DNA from: Candidatus Daviesbacteria bacterium
GTDB taxonomy: Bacteria > Patescibacteriota > Microgenomatia > Daviesbacterales > UBA10151
Assembly (NCBI GenBank): GCA_030699125.1
Contig: JAUYKM010000009.1
Span: 204,958 to 268,957, forward strand
Direction: 5' to 3'
Length of the DNA stretch: 64,000 nucleotides
A model generated the notes under the pieces. That model was not told where the DNA came from. It saw nothing but the letters and a program-made list of their open reading frames with translations, and made no database searches. A program made the translations under genes and the position numbers. Below, one piece after another: positions 58,121 to 64,000 of the stretch (the first letter of the stretch is position 1; every line of letters begins with the position of its first letter).

Positions 58121-58135
58121 TTCTGCCCAAAATAT

Positions 58136-58546
58136 ATGTTTTTGGGCAGCTATAAAACTTATTTCAGTGGCAAGAATAGATTAATATTACCGAAGAGGTT
58201 CAGGAAAGAATTAGGGAATGAAGATAAGTTTTATATACTTTTGGGGGAAAATGGGGAAATTTGGGGATTTGATACGGGAAATTGGTTTAAGCTGACAGAA
58301 AATGTTTTAGAATTCCCACTTTCCACAGAAGAAGGTAGAGTTAAAAGGTTAAGACTCTTTCCTAAAGCTGAAGAATGTTCGCTAGATTCTCAGGGAAGAT
58401 TTATCTTACCCCAGGAGTTTATGGAGAGGTTAAATTTTAGAAAAGAGGTATTGATAATTGGCGGCGGTGATCATTTTGAGGTCTGGGATTTAAATCTTTG
58501 GAAAAAGCAGCAAGAGAAATTGGAAAATGGGCATGGAAGGTCATAA
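58136..58546 (+). CDS. mraZ: Transcriptional regulator MraZ
   Basis: MFLGSYKTYFSGKNRLILPKRFRKELG... shows duplicated MraZ/SpoVT-AbrB-like halves. It sits at the head of the dcw cluster. Confidence 0.85.
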   Translation: MFLGSYKTYFSGKNRLILPKRFRKELGNEDKFYILLGENGEIWGFDTGNWFKLTENVLEFPLSTEEGRVKRLRLFPKAEECSLDSQGRFILPQEFMERLNFRKEVLIIGGGDHFEVWDLNLWKKQQEKLENGHGRS

Positions 58547-59471
58547 GACCCTGAGTGGGTCGAAGGGGTATCATAGAAGCGTTCTTTTAAAAGAAGTTTT
58601 GGGTGCACTTAATATCCGAGATGCCTGGTATCTAGATTGTACTTTAGGCGACGGAGGGCACACGATAGAAATTATAAAGCGGGGAGGGAAAGTTGTCGGA
58701 ATAGACGTAGACCCGCAGGCCCTTGGGCGAGTGCGAAAGAGGTTTGGAATAGAAGAAATAGATAGAAATAAGTGGAAACTAATTGTAGGGAATTTTAGGG
58801 ATTTGAAAAAATTAATACTAAAGCAGACGGATCTCAAAGATCAAAAATTTGCTGGTGCCAAGTCATACTTGGCTGGGGCAATTTTTGATCTGGGGGTTTC
58901 CAGTTTGCAGCTTGAAACCCCGAGTCGGGGTTTTTCTTTCTCTAAGATAGGACCTTTGGATATGAGAATGGACCCTACTTTAGAGGTAAGGGCTTTGGAT
59001 TTAATTAACGCTGGCGGAAGAAAGCAGTTATATGAATTATTTAAAAATTTGGGTGAAGAAAAATATTCTAAACGTCTGGCTGATCATATGGTCAGCGCCC
59101 GTCAGGTAGGGGTAAAAATTGAGACCACCAAGGACCTGGCGGATTTGGTGGAACAAGTAGTTAGAAAACATGGGAGGTTGCACCCTGCCACAAAAATTTT
59201 TCAGGCGCTAAGGATAGCTGTAAATGATGAGTTGAATGCATTAAAGGAAGGATTGGATCAGGTGATAAGTTTAATTGATAAAAATGGTCACATTATAGTA
59301 ATTAGTTTTCATTCACTGGAAGATAGGATTGTCAAAGAGACTTTTAGAGCTTGGTCAGCTCAAGGCTGGGGTCAAATTTTAACCAAAAAGCCGATTGTAC
59401 CCACTTTGGAGGAAATAAATATAAATCCTCGAGCCAGATCAGCCAAGATGAGGGTATTTGAAAGGAGTTAA
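58527..59471 (+). CDS. rsmH: 16S rRNA (cytosine1402-N4)-methyltransferase RsmH (MraW)
   Basis: HRSVLLKEVLGAL, DCTLGDGGHT and DLGVSSLQL are canonical RsmH motifs. It follows mraZ. Confidence 0.9.
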   Translation: MGMEGHKTLSGSKGYHRSVLLKEVLGALNIRDAWYLDCTLGDGGHTIEIIKRGGKVVGIDVDPQALGRVRKRFGIEEIDRNKWKLIVGNFRDLKKLILKQTDLKDQKFAGAKSYLAGAIFDLGVSSLQLETPSRGFSFSKIGPLDMRMDPTLEVRALDLINAGGRKQLYELFKNLGEEKYSKRLADHMVSARQVGVKIETTKDLADLVEQVVRKHGRLHPATKIFQALRIAVNDELNALKEGLDQVISLIDKNGHIIVISFHSLEDRIVKETFRAWSAQGWGQILTKKPIVPTLEEININPRARSAKMRVFERS

Positions 59472-59474
59472 GTA

Positions 59475-59771
59475 ATGACAATAATACGAAGTTTTGAAAC
59501 AGAAATAGAACCCAAAAAATTTTCCAAAAAATATATTATTCTCACATTAGCTGCCATTTTCGCTTTAGTGATCGTGGAAATTTGGGTAAATAACACTCTT
59601 CTTATCTACGGAGAAAAATTTGATAATTTATCAAATATTGAGAAAAACTTGAAATTGGAAAACCAAATTCTGGAAAATCAGATTGCCAGGGAAACCTCGC
59701 TGGAAAAATTATCCTCAAAATCAGCTGAGCTTGGTTTTACCCAGGCCCAAGATGTAAAATATATTCCTTGA
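59475..59771 (+). CDS. ftsL: Cell division protein FtsL-like (single TM + coiled coil)
   Basis: 98 aa with one TM (ILTLAAIFALVIVEIWV) and a heptad-rich tail. It lies between rsmH and ftsI. Confidence 0.6.
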   Translation: MTIIRSFETEIEPKKFSKKYIILTLAAIFALVIVEIWVNNTLLIYGEKFDNLSNIEKNLKLENQILENQIARETSLEKLSSKSAELGFTQAQDVKYIP

Positions 59772-61468
59772 TGCGTATTTATTGGATTAGGTTACTTTTT
59801 GTAGTTTTCCTTATTGCTATTATTGCCCGCTTGTTTTACTGGCAGATTGTTAAAGCAGAGGAGCTACAGGCACAAGCTGAGGAACAACATTTTACTGATA
59901 CTCGTGTGACTGCCCAAAGAGGGAACATATATTATCTTGATAATCATATTCTGGCTTCCTCAATTCCCTCATTTAACCTTTATGCTTTGCCAAAATTGTT
60001 AACTGATGATGAAAAAAGAGAAACAGCTTACAGAATGGCAAAAGTATTATCTGATGAAGAGAGTGATACAGAAGAAGAGGCCAAAAATATCTGGGATAAG
60101 CTTTTACAAGATCTATATTGGGTACAGCTTAAAAAAAATATTGATTTAGAGACTAAGAAAAAACTGGAGGAGCTCCAAATAGAGGCAATTGGATTTAACT
60201 CCACCAGTATAAGGTTTTACCCTGAAGGTTCATCCAGTGCTCATCTTTTAGGTTTCGTCGGTTCTGACGCAAAGGGAGGAGAGGTGGGTTATTTTGGAGT
60301 TGAGGGATACTATGATGGTGAGCTTAAGGGAATGGAGGGTATTTTAAGACATGAAAGAGATGCTCTTGGTTTACCAATTCTAACTGGAGACTTTTTATCT
60401 ACAGGAGCAAGAGACGGTAAGGATTTAGTACTTAATATTGATCGCTCTGTTCAGTTTATTGTGGAACAGTCTCTAAAAAAGGGGCTTGTCCGATACGGTG
60501 CAAAGACAGCCAGTGCTATTGTTATGGATCCCGAAACCGGTGTAATTCTGGCCCTGTCCTCCTATCCTAATTATGATCCTGCCAAATACACTCAATTTCC
60601 GCCGGATTATTATAAAAATCCGGTGGTGGCAGATCATTATGAGCCTGGATCAACTTTTAAGGTTTTGGTGTTGGCAGCGGCCATTAACGAGGAGGTGGTA
60701 ACACCTGAGACTAAATGTGATATTTGTCAGGGCCCCATATCTTTGGGGGGATTTCTGATAAGAACATGGAACAATAAATACCTTGATAACCCTACTATGA
60801 CCGATGTGATTATTCATTCAGACAATACGGGAATGGTATATGTTGGCAGGAAATTGGGTTTGGATAAATTTTATCAATACTTAAAGGATTTTGGCTTTGG
60901 TAGTTCTACCAATATTGATTTACAGGATGAAGCTTTTGTAGATCTTAGGCCCAAGAGTGAATGGAGGGAAATTGATCTGGCTACTTCCTCATTTGGACAG
61001 GGAATTGCAGTTACCCCTATCCAGATGATTACAGCTATTTCCGCAATTGCCAATGGGGGGTATTTAATGGAACCACAAATAGTGAAAACTATAAAAGATA
61101 ATAATCAAGTTGTGGAAATCAAGCCAAAAATTGTCAGGCAAATTTTAAAGGAATCAACAGCCAAAATTATCACTGAAATGATGGTAAGAGCAGTTGATGA
61201 AGGGGAGTCTAAATGGGCAAAGCCCAAGGGATTTAAAATTGCCGGAAAAACAGGTACTGCCCAAATTCCTATAGCTGGACACTATGATCCTGAAAAAACC
61301 ATTGCCTCTTTTGTGGGGTTTGCACCAGCTAATGATCCCACATTTGTGATGCTAGTGCGCTATGATCAGCCATCCTCCTCCATTTATGGTTCGGAAACTG
61401 CCGCTCCCACTTTTTTTGAAATTGCCAAAGAACTTTTTACCTACTTTAAAATAGCACCCTCCGAGTGA
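59768..61468 (+). CDS. ftsI: Peptidoglycan D,D-transpeptidase FtsI / class B penicillin-binding protein
   Basis: 566 aa with an N-terminal TM and the motifs STFK (SxxK), HSDN (SxN) and KTGT (KTG). Confidence 0.9.
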   Translation: MMRIYWIRLLFVVFLIAIIARLFYWQIVKAEELQAQAEEQHFTDTRVTAQRGNIYYLDNHILASSIPSFNLYALPKLLTDDEKRETAYRMAKVLSDEESDTEEEAKNIWDKLLQDLYWVQLKKNIDLETKKKLEELQIEAIGFNSTSIRFYPEGSSSAHLLGFVGSDAKGGEVGYFGVEGYYDGELKGMEGILRHERDALGLPILTGDFLSTGARDGKDLVLNIDRSVQFIVEQSLKKGLVRYGAKTASAIVMDPETGVILALSSYPNYDPAKYTQFPPDYYKNPVVADHYEPGSTFKVLVLAAAINEEVVTPETKCDICQGPISLGGFLIRTWNNKYLDNPTMTDVIIHSDNTGMVYVGRKLGLDKFYQYLKDFGFGSSTNIDLQDEAFVDLRPKSEWREIDLATSSFGQGIAVTPIQMITAISAIANGGYLMEPQIVKTIKDNNQVVEIKPKIVRQILKESTAKIITEMMVRAVDEGESKWAKPKGFKIAGKTGTAQIPIAGHYDPEKTIASFVGFAPANDPTFVMLVRYDQPSSSIYGSETAAPTFFEIAKELFTYFKIAPSE

Positions 61469-61480
61469 TACCATTTATTT

Positions 61481-62221
61481 ATGGAACTTAAGGGTAAAGT
61501 ATTTATTTTAACCGGAGCAAAAAGAGTTGGTCAGGATGTGGCTAAAGCTTTGGGTGAGAGAGGTGCCAATTTGGCAATTTCCTATAATTCTTCGATAGAA
61601 GATGCTCAAGAATTAAAGAAGGAATGTGAATCTGTTGGTTCCCGCGCCGAAATTTTTAAAGCAGATCTTTCTAAAAGTGAAGATATCGGTCGTCTTGTGG
61701 ATGAGACTTTGAAAAAGTTTGGCGCAGTTGATGGACTTATTCATATGGCTGCCAATTATCCCAAAACTCCTATTGGTGGGATTACATTGGAGGATTTTGA
61801 TAAAACAATGCATATAATTGCTGCTTCTACTTTACTTTTGGGGCAAAAAATAGGCAAAGAAATGCAAGAAAACGAAGGAGATGTTAAAGGAAAAATAATT
61901 TTTTTCTCTGATTGGTCAGTTTTAAGATCCCCTTATCCGAATTATATTGTTTACAATGGGGCCAAATCAGCGGTGGAATCTTTTACCAAAAGTTTAGCAA
62001 GGCAATTTGCTCCATCCATTACTGTTAATGCTATAGCTCCTGGGCCAATCCTTAGGCCCCCTGATTTATCAGATGATGACAATGAGGAAGTGATGAAAAA
62101 AACTCCTCTTCAAAAATGGGGAGGGGGAGACGAGATTGAAAAAGCTGTTTTGTACTTGCTGGATGCAGACTTTGTAACAGGAGTAGTTTTACCTGTTGAT
62201 GGTGGCAGATCAATTGCTTAA
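61481..62221 (+). CDS. Short-chain dehydrogenase/reductase (classical SDR)
   Basis: 246 aa. LTGAKRVGQDVAKAL is a TGxxxxxG-like motif, YNGAK is the YxxxK, and PG follows. Confidence 0.7.
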   Translation: MELKGKVFILTGAKRVGQDVAKALGERGANLAISYNSSIEDAQELKKECESVGSRAEIFKADLSKSEDIGRLVDETLKKFGAVDGLIHMAANYPKTPIGGITLEDFDKTMHIIAASTLLLGQKIGKEMQENEGDVKGKIIFFSDWSVLRSPYPNYIVYNGAKSAVESFTKSLARQFAPSITVNAIAPGPILRPPDLSDDDNEEVMKKTPLQKWGGGDEIEKAVLYLLDADFVTGVVLPVDGGRSIA

Positions 62222-62722
62222 AGAGATCCTCTTTATTTTTCTTTCAAGATACTTTTGTGCTTGTACATTATTAATTGCGTCAAAGGTAAACATGGTTCCT
62301 AAAGCTGCAGCAAGTGGAGGATAAAGTAGTCCTAAACTTAATAAGACTGAATCAATAGCTGCCCACTTTTTACTGAAAACCCCTCTCTCTGTAGGATAAA
62401 GAGAATAAAGTCGGTTACCCTCATAGGTATTATGTTTTATACCAGCTTCATTAGCTCTTATGGCAGTTCTTGATCCGTGAACAGTACTTATTCTATCTGC
62501 CAAACGGCCAATAATAAAAACAGACGCTCCTAAAACATACCCGGGTAAAAAATTTTCAGTAGGAGTTCCAAAAATTTGATCCCTATATAATAATACCTGA
62601 GTAGTAAGTCCTTCTAAGAATAATGGGATTTGAGGAAAATTTCCTTCGATGTAGCTGTAATTAGTTATAAATTTATCAAAAGAACTTTTGTTCTCTATTT
62701 CCATAGTTGTTGAGTATAACAT
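62210..62722 (-). CDS. Hypothetical protein
   Basis: 170-aa reverse-strand ORF with a hydrophobic segment and no recognised motif. It is convergent with the SDR gene. Confidence 0.35.
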   Translation of the reverse strand: MLYSTTMEIENKSSFDKFITNYSYIEGNFPQIPLFLEGLTTQVLLYRDQIFGTPTENFLPGYVLGASVFIIGRLADRISTVHGSRTAIRANEAGIKHNTYEGNRLYSLYPTERGVFSKKWAAIDSVLLSLGLLYPPLAAALGTMFTFDAINNVQAQKYLERKIKRISLSN

Positions 62723-62757
62723 TTGGATAATCCAGTTTTCTACTTCTTTGTAATCGA

Positions 62758-62808
62758 CAAACTACCTACGGCCGTGATAATCTTGAAATATGTATAAAAA
62801 GAAGAGTT
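62758..62808. repeat. Direct repeat copy 1 (about 50 bp, contains the ACGGCCGT palindrome and the start of the PaaX-like gene)
   Basis: AAACTACCTACGGCCGTGATAATCTTGAAATATGTATAAAAAGAAGAGTT is ~80% identical to copy 2 at 63296-63346. Confidence 0.6.
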
Positions 62809-63290
62809 TATCTAACCTCATTTTGTTAGCTTTGGAAAAATCAGTAGATGGTTACGTAAGATTAGAAAATTTTTTATATAACCCTGGATATTATGCTTAT
62901 CATAATGGATGGGATTACCCATTAAAAAAGTCCTCATTTGGACTAGCTCTTAAAAGATTGAGGGAGAATGGTTTGATAGACTTTGTTGGAGATAACGAAT
63001 TAATTATTAGACTTACTGATAAGGGAAGGGGGAAAACGCTAATGCTGAGCTTACTAGAAAATAATGATAAATGGGATGGTAAATGGAGGATAATTATCTT
63101 TGATGTTCCAGAAAAAAGAAGAATTGCAAGGGATTTATTAAGACAAAAATTAAAAGGGTGGGGATTTACTCCATGGCAGCAAAGTGTTTGGGTTACAAAA
63201 AAGAATTGCACAAAACAATTGAGGGATTTTATTAAGAATATTGGAATAAAGGATTGGGTAAAGGTTATTGAATCAGACAATGTTGATTAA
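62790..63290 (+). CDS. PaaX-like C-terminal-domain protein (putative small transcriptional regulator)
   Basis: 166 aa. WDGKWRIIIFDVPEKRRIARDLLRQKLKGWGFTPWQQSVWV matches the PaaX-family C-terminal signature (W-DG-W, [VI]-x-[YF]-D-[IV]-P-E, SVWV). Confidence 0.5.
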   Translation: MYKKKSLSNLILLALEKSVDGYVRLENFLYNPGYYAYHNGWDYPLKKSSFGLALKRLRENGLIDFVGDNELIIRLTDKGRGKTLMLSLLENNDKWDGKWRIIIFDVPEKRRIARDLLRQKLKGWGFTPWQQSVWVTKKNCTKQLRDFIKNIGIKDWVKVIESDNVD

Positions 63291-63295
63291 TGCTT

Positions 63296-63346
63296 CAAAC
63301 TATATACGGCCGTTAATAGTTTGAAATTTGTATTATAAGGAGAGTT
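63296..63346. repeat. Direct repeat copy 2 (upstream of murE)
   Basis: AAACTATATACGGCCGTTAATAGTTTGAAATTTGTATTATAAGGAGAGTT. Its ATG-equivalent is TTG, followed by a degenerate (L)YYKES versus MYKKKS. Confidence 0.6.
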
Positions 63347-63379
63347 CTGATGATATAATTAACGGCGGCAAGTTACTAA

Positions 63380-64000
63380 ATGAATTACTTGAAACAATTA
63401 TTGCGGGGATTTTTTCCTCAAAATTTTATCAATAAATTTTACCATCTTCCCATGGCCTTTTTGGCCAATTTATTTTATGGGTTTCCCACCAGAAAACTGA
63501 TTGTAATTGGGGTGACTGGTACTGACGGAAAAACCACCACCACCAATATGATTTATAGGATTCTAAAAGCCGCAGGCAAAAAAGTATCCATGGTATCAAC
63601 AGTTAATGCATATGTGGGGGGTAAAATTTATGATACTGGTTTTCATGTTACTTCTCCTGATCCATTCATGGTACAAAAATTTGCCGGAGCAGCAGTTAAT
63701 CACGGTGATAAATATCTTATTTTGGAAGTGACCTCTCACAGCTTGGATCAAGTAAGATTTTGGGGAGTAAAATTTAAAATCGGAGTGATTACCAATATTA
63801 CTCATGAACATCTAGATTATCATGAAACTTTTGAAAATTACAAAAATACAAAATTATCTTTACTAAAAAACGGCAGTTTTGCAATTATTAATGATAATTT
63901 AAAAAAAGATGTAGCAGGAAAAACTAAAGCTGATATTATTACCTTTGGTCTCTCTTCCGGGGACTTTAATCAAAAGGAGATTAACCTTAAGCTAAAGATT
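63380..64000 (+). CDS. murE: UDP-N-acetylmuramoyl-tripeptide synthetase MurE (N-terminal part; continues beyond the window)
   Basis: VIGVTGTDGKTTTTNMIY is the Mur ligase P-loop. ITNITHEHLDYH is a Mur ligase motif. It sits in the dcw cluster after ftsI. Confidence 0.8.
   Translation, partial: MNYLKQLLRGFFPQNFINKFYHLPMAFLANLFYGFPTRKLIVIGVTGTDGKTTTTNMIYRILKAAGKKVSMVSTVNAYVGGKIYDTGFHVTSPDPFMVQKFAGAAVNHGDKYLILEVTSHSLDQVRFWGVKFKIGVITNITHEHLDYHETFENYKNTKLSLLKNGSFAIINDNLKKDVAGKTKADIITFGLSSGDFNQKEINLKLKI

Noticed and set aside
62790-63290. Possibility that the small protein with the IIIFDVPE motif is a Cas2-like nuclease
   Set aside because: The W-DG-W ... SVWV pattern fits the PaaX C-terminal domain better. 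There is no cas1, other cas genes, or any repeat array nearby.
1450-63811. Numerous 60-150-aa ORFs in the track nested inside or antisense to long genes. Examples: 1450-1668, 2823-3032, 3279-3479, 5138-5320, 5950-6144, 6941-7228, 11288-11476, 11922-12260, 15058-15255, 17839-18042, 20513-20713, 21794-22240, 22679-22939, 23171-23398, 24545-24805, 26816-27025, 34541-34804, 37189-37437, 39198-39431, 39380-39574, 41667-41894, 43218-43644, 43896-44096, 46778-47650, 47664-47885, 49665-50006, 51585-51788, 52066-52287, 52568-52768, 53530-53823, 54204-54428, 55106-55291, 55352-55633, 55994-56179, 56893-57225, 57879-58130, 58571-58837, 61613-61813, 62915-63280, 63596-63811.
   Set aside because: Each overlaps a longer ORF that has clear family motifs. 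Their translations are low-complexity or hydrophobic with no motifs. Several fall in GC-rich islets where stop codons are depleted by composition. They are treated as shadow ORFs.
1-64000. CRISPR arrays, tRNA/rRNA genes, transposases/integrases and phage genes
   Set aside because: No regularly spaced direct repeats were found. No tRNA-like GTTCGAATC T-loop contexts were found. No DDE/tyrosine-recombinase motifs appear in any ORF. The only repeats seen are the short GC hairpin islets and the 50-bp direct repeat pair.
1-64000. Alternative genetic code (UGA recoding, as in some CPR lineages)
   Set aside because: All family-recognisable genes translate end-to-end as long uninterrupted ORFs under the standard table, with sensible stops and overlapping ATGA junctions. 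There is no sign of in-frame TGA read-through.

Overview
This window is 64 kb of AT-rich DNA (about one-third GC by eye) with tightly packed genes, many overlapping by 4-20 bp, and long ORFs under the standard code. No rRNA, tRNA, CRISPR array, transposase or integrase is recognisable. Gene content and architecture resemble a streamlined, CPR-like or other small-genome bacterium. Three blocks stand out. (1) Bases 1-8308, minus strand: a nucleotide-sugar operon. It encodes a Gfo/Idh/MocA oxidoreductase, a DegT aminotransferase, a hexapeptide acetyltransferase, a polyprenyl-phosphate GT2, two SAM methyltransferases, a TylC3-like C-methyltransferase, an SDR epimerase/dehydratase, an RfbF-like glucose-1-phosphate cytidylyltransferase and an FkbM methyltransferase. 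(2) Bases 8325-55099, plus strand: a ~45 kb surface-glycan supercluster. It holds four paralogous giant polytopic membrane proteins with YfhO/AftD-like GT-C architecture; two of them are tandem modules, each followed by a 4-TM mini-protein. It also holds 6 GT2 enzymes (one fused to a methyltransferase), 7 GT4 enzymes, 3 PMT/ArnT-like GT-C proteins, a Ppm1-like GT2, a Wzx-like flippase, a Wzy/O-antigen-ligase-like protein, a WbaP-type initiating sugar transferase, an LtaS/sulfatase-like protein, two hexapeptide acetyltransferases, a nucleotide-sugar dehydrogenase, nadE and about 9 SAM methyltransferase domains. This points to a heavily O-methylated glycan and/or protein O-glycosylation. (3) Bases 55119-64000: recO, glyQS (alpha2 type) and a minimal dcw cluster, mraZ-rsmH-ftsL-ftsI ... 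murE. Here an SDR, a hypothetical and a PaaX-like gene are inserted before murE, and the PaaX-like gene is flanked by ~50-bp direct repeats. Short GC-rich palindromic islets are scattered through the window. They share a TGTCAT / (T)CCCGC flavour and occur both between genes and in frame inside ORFs. Functional calls rest on motif recognition by eye, not on searches.
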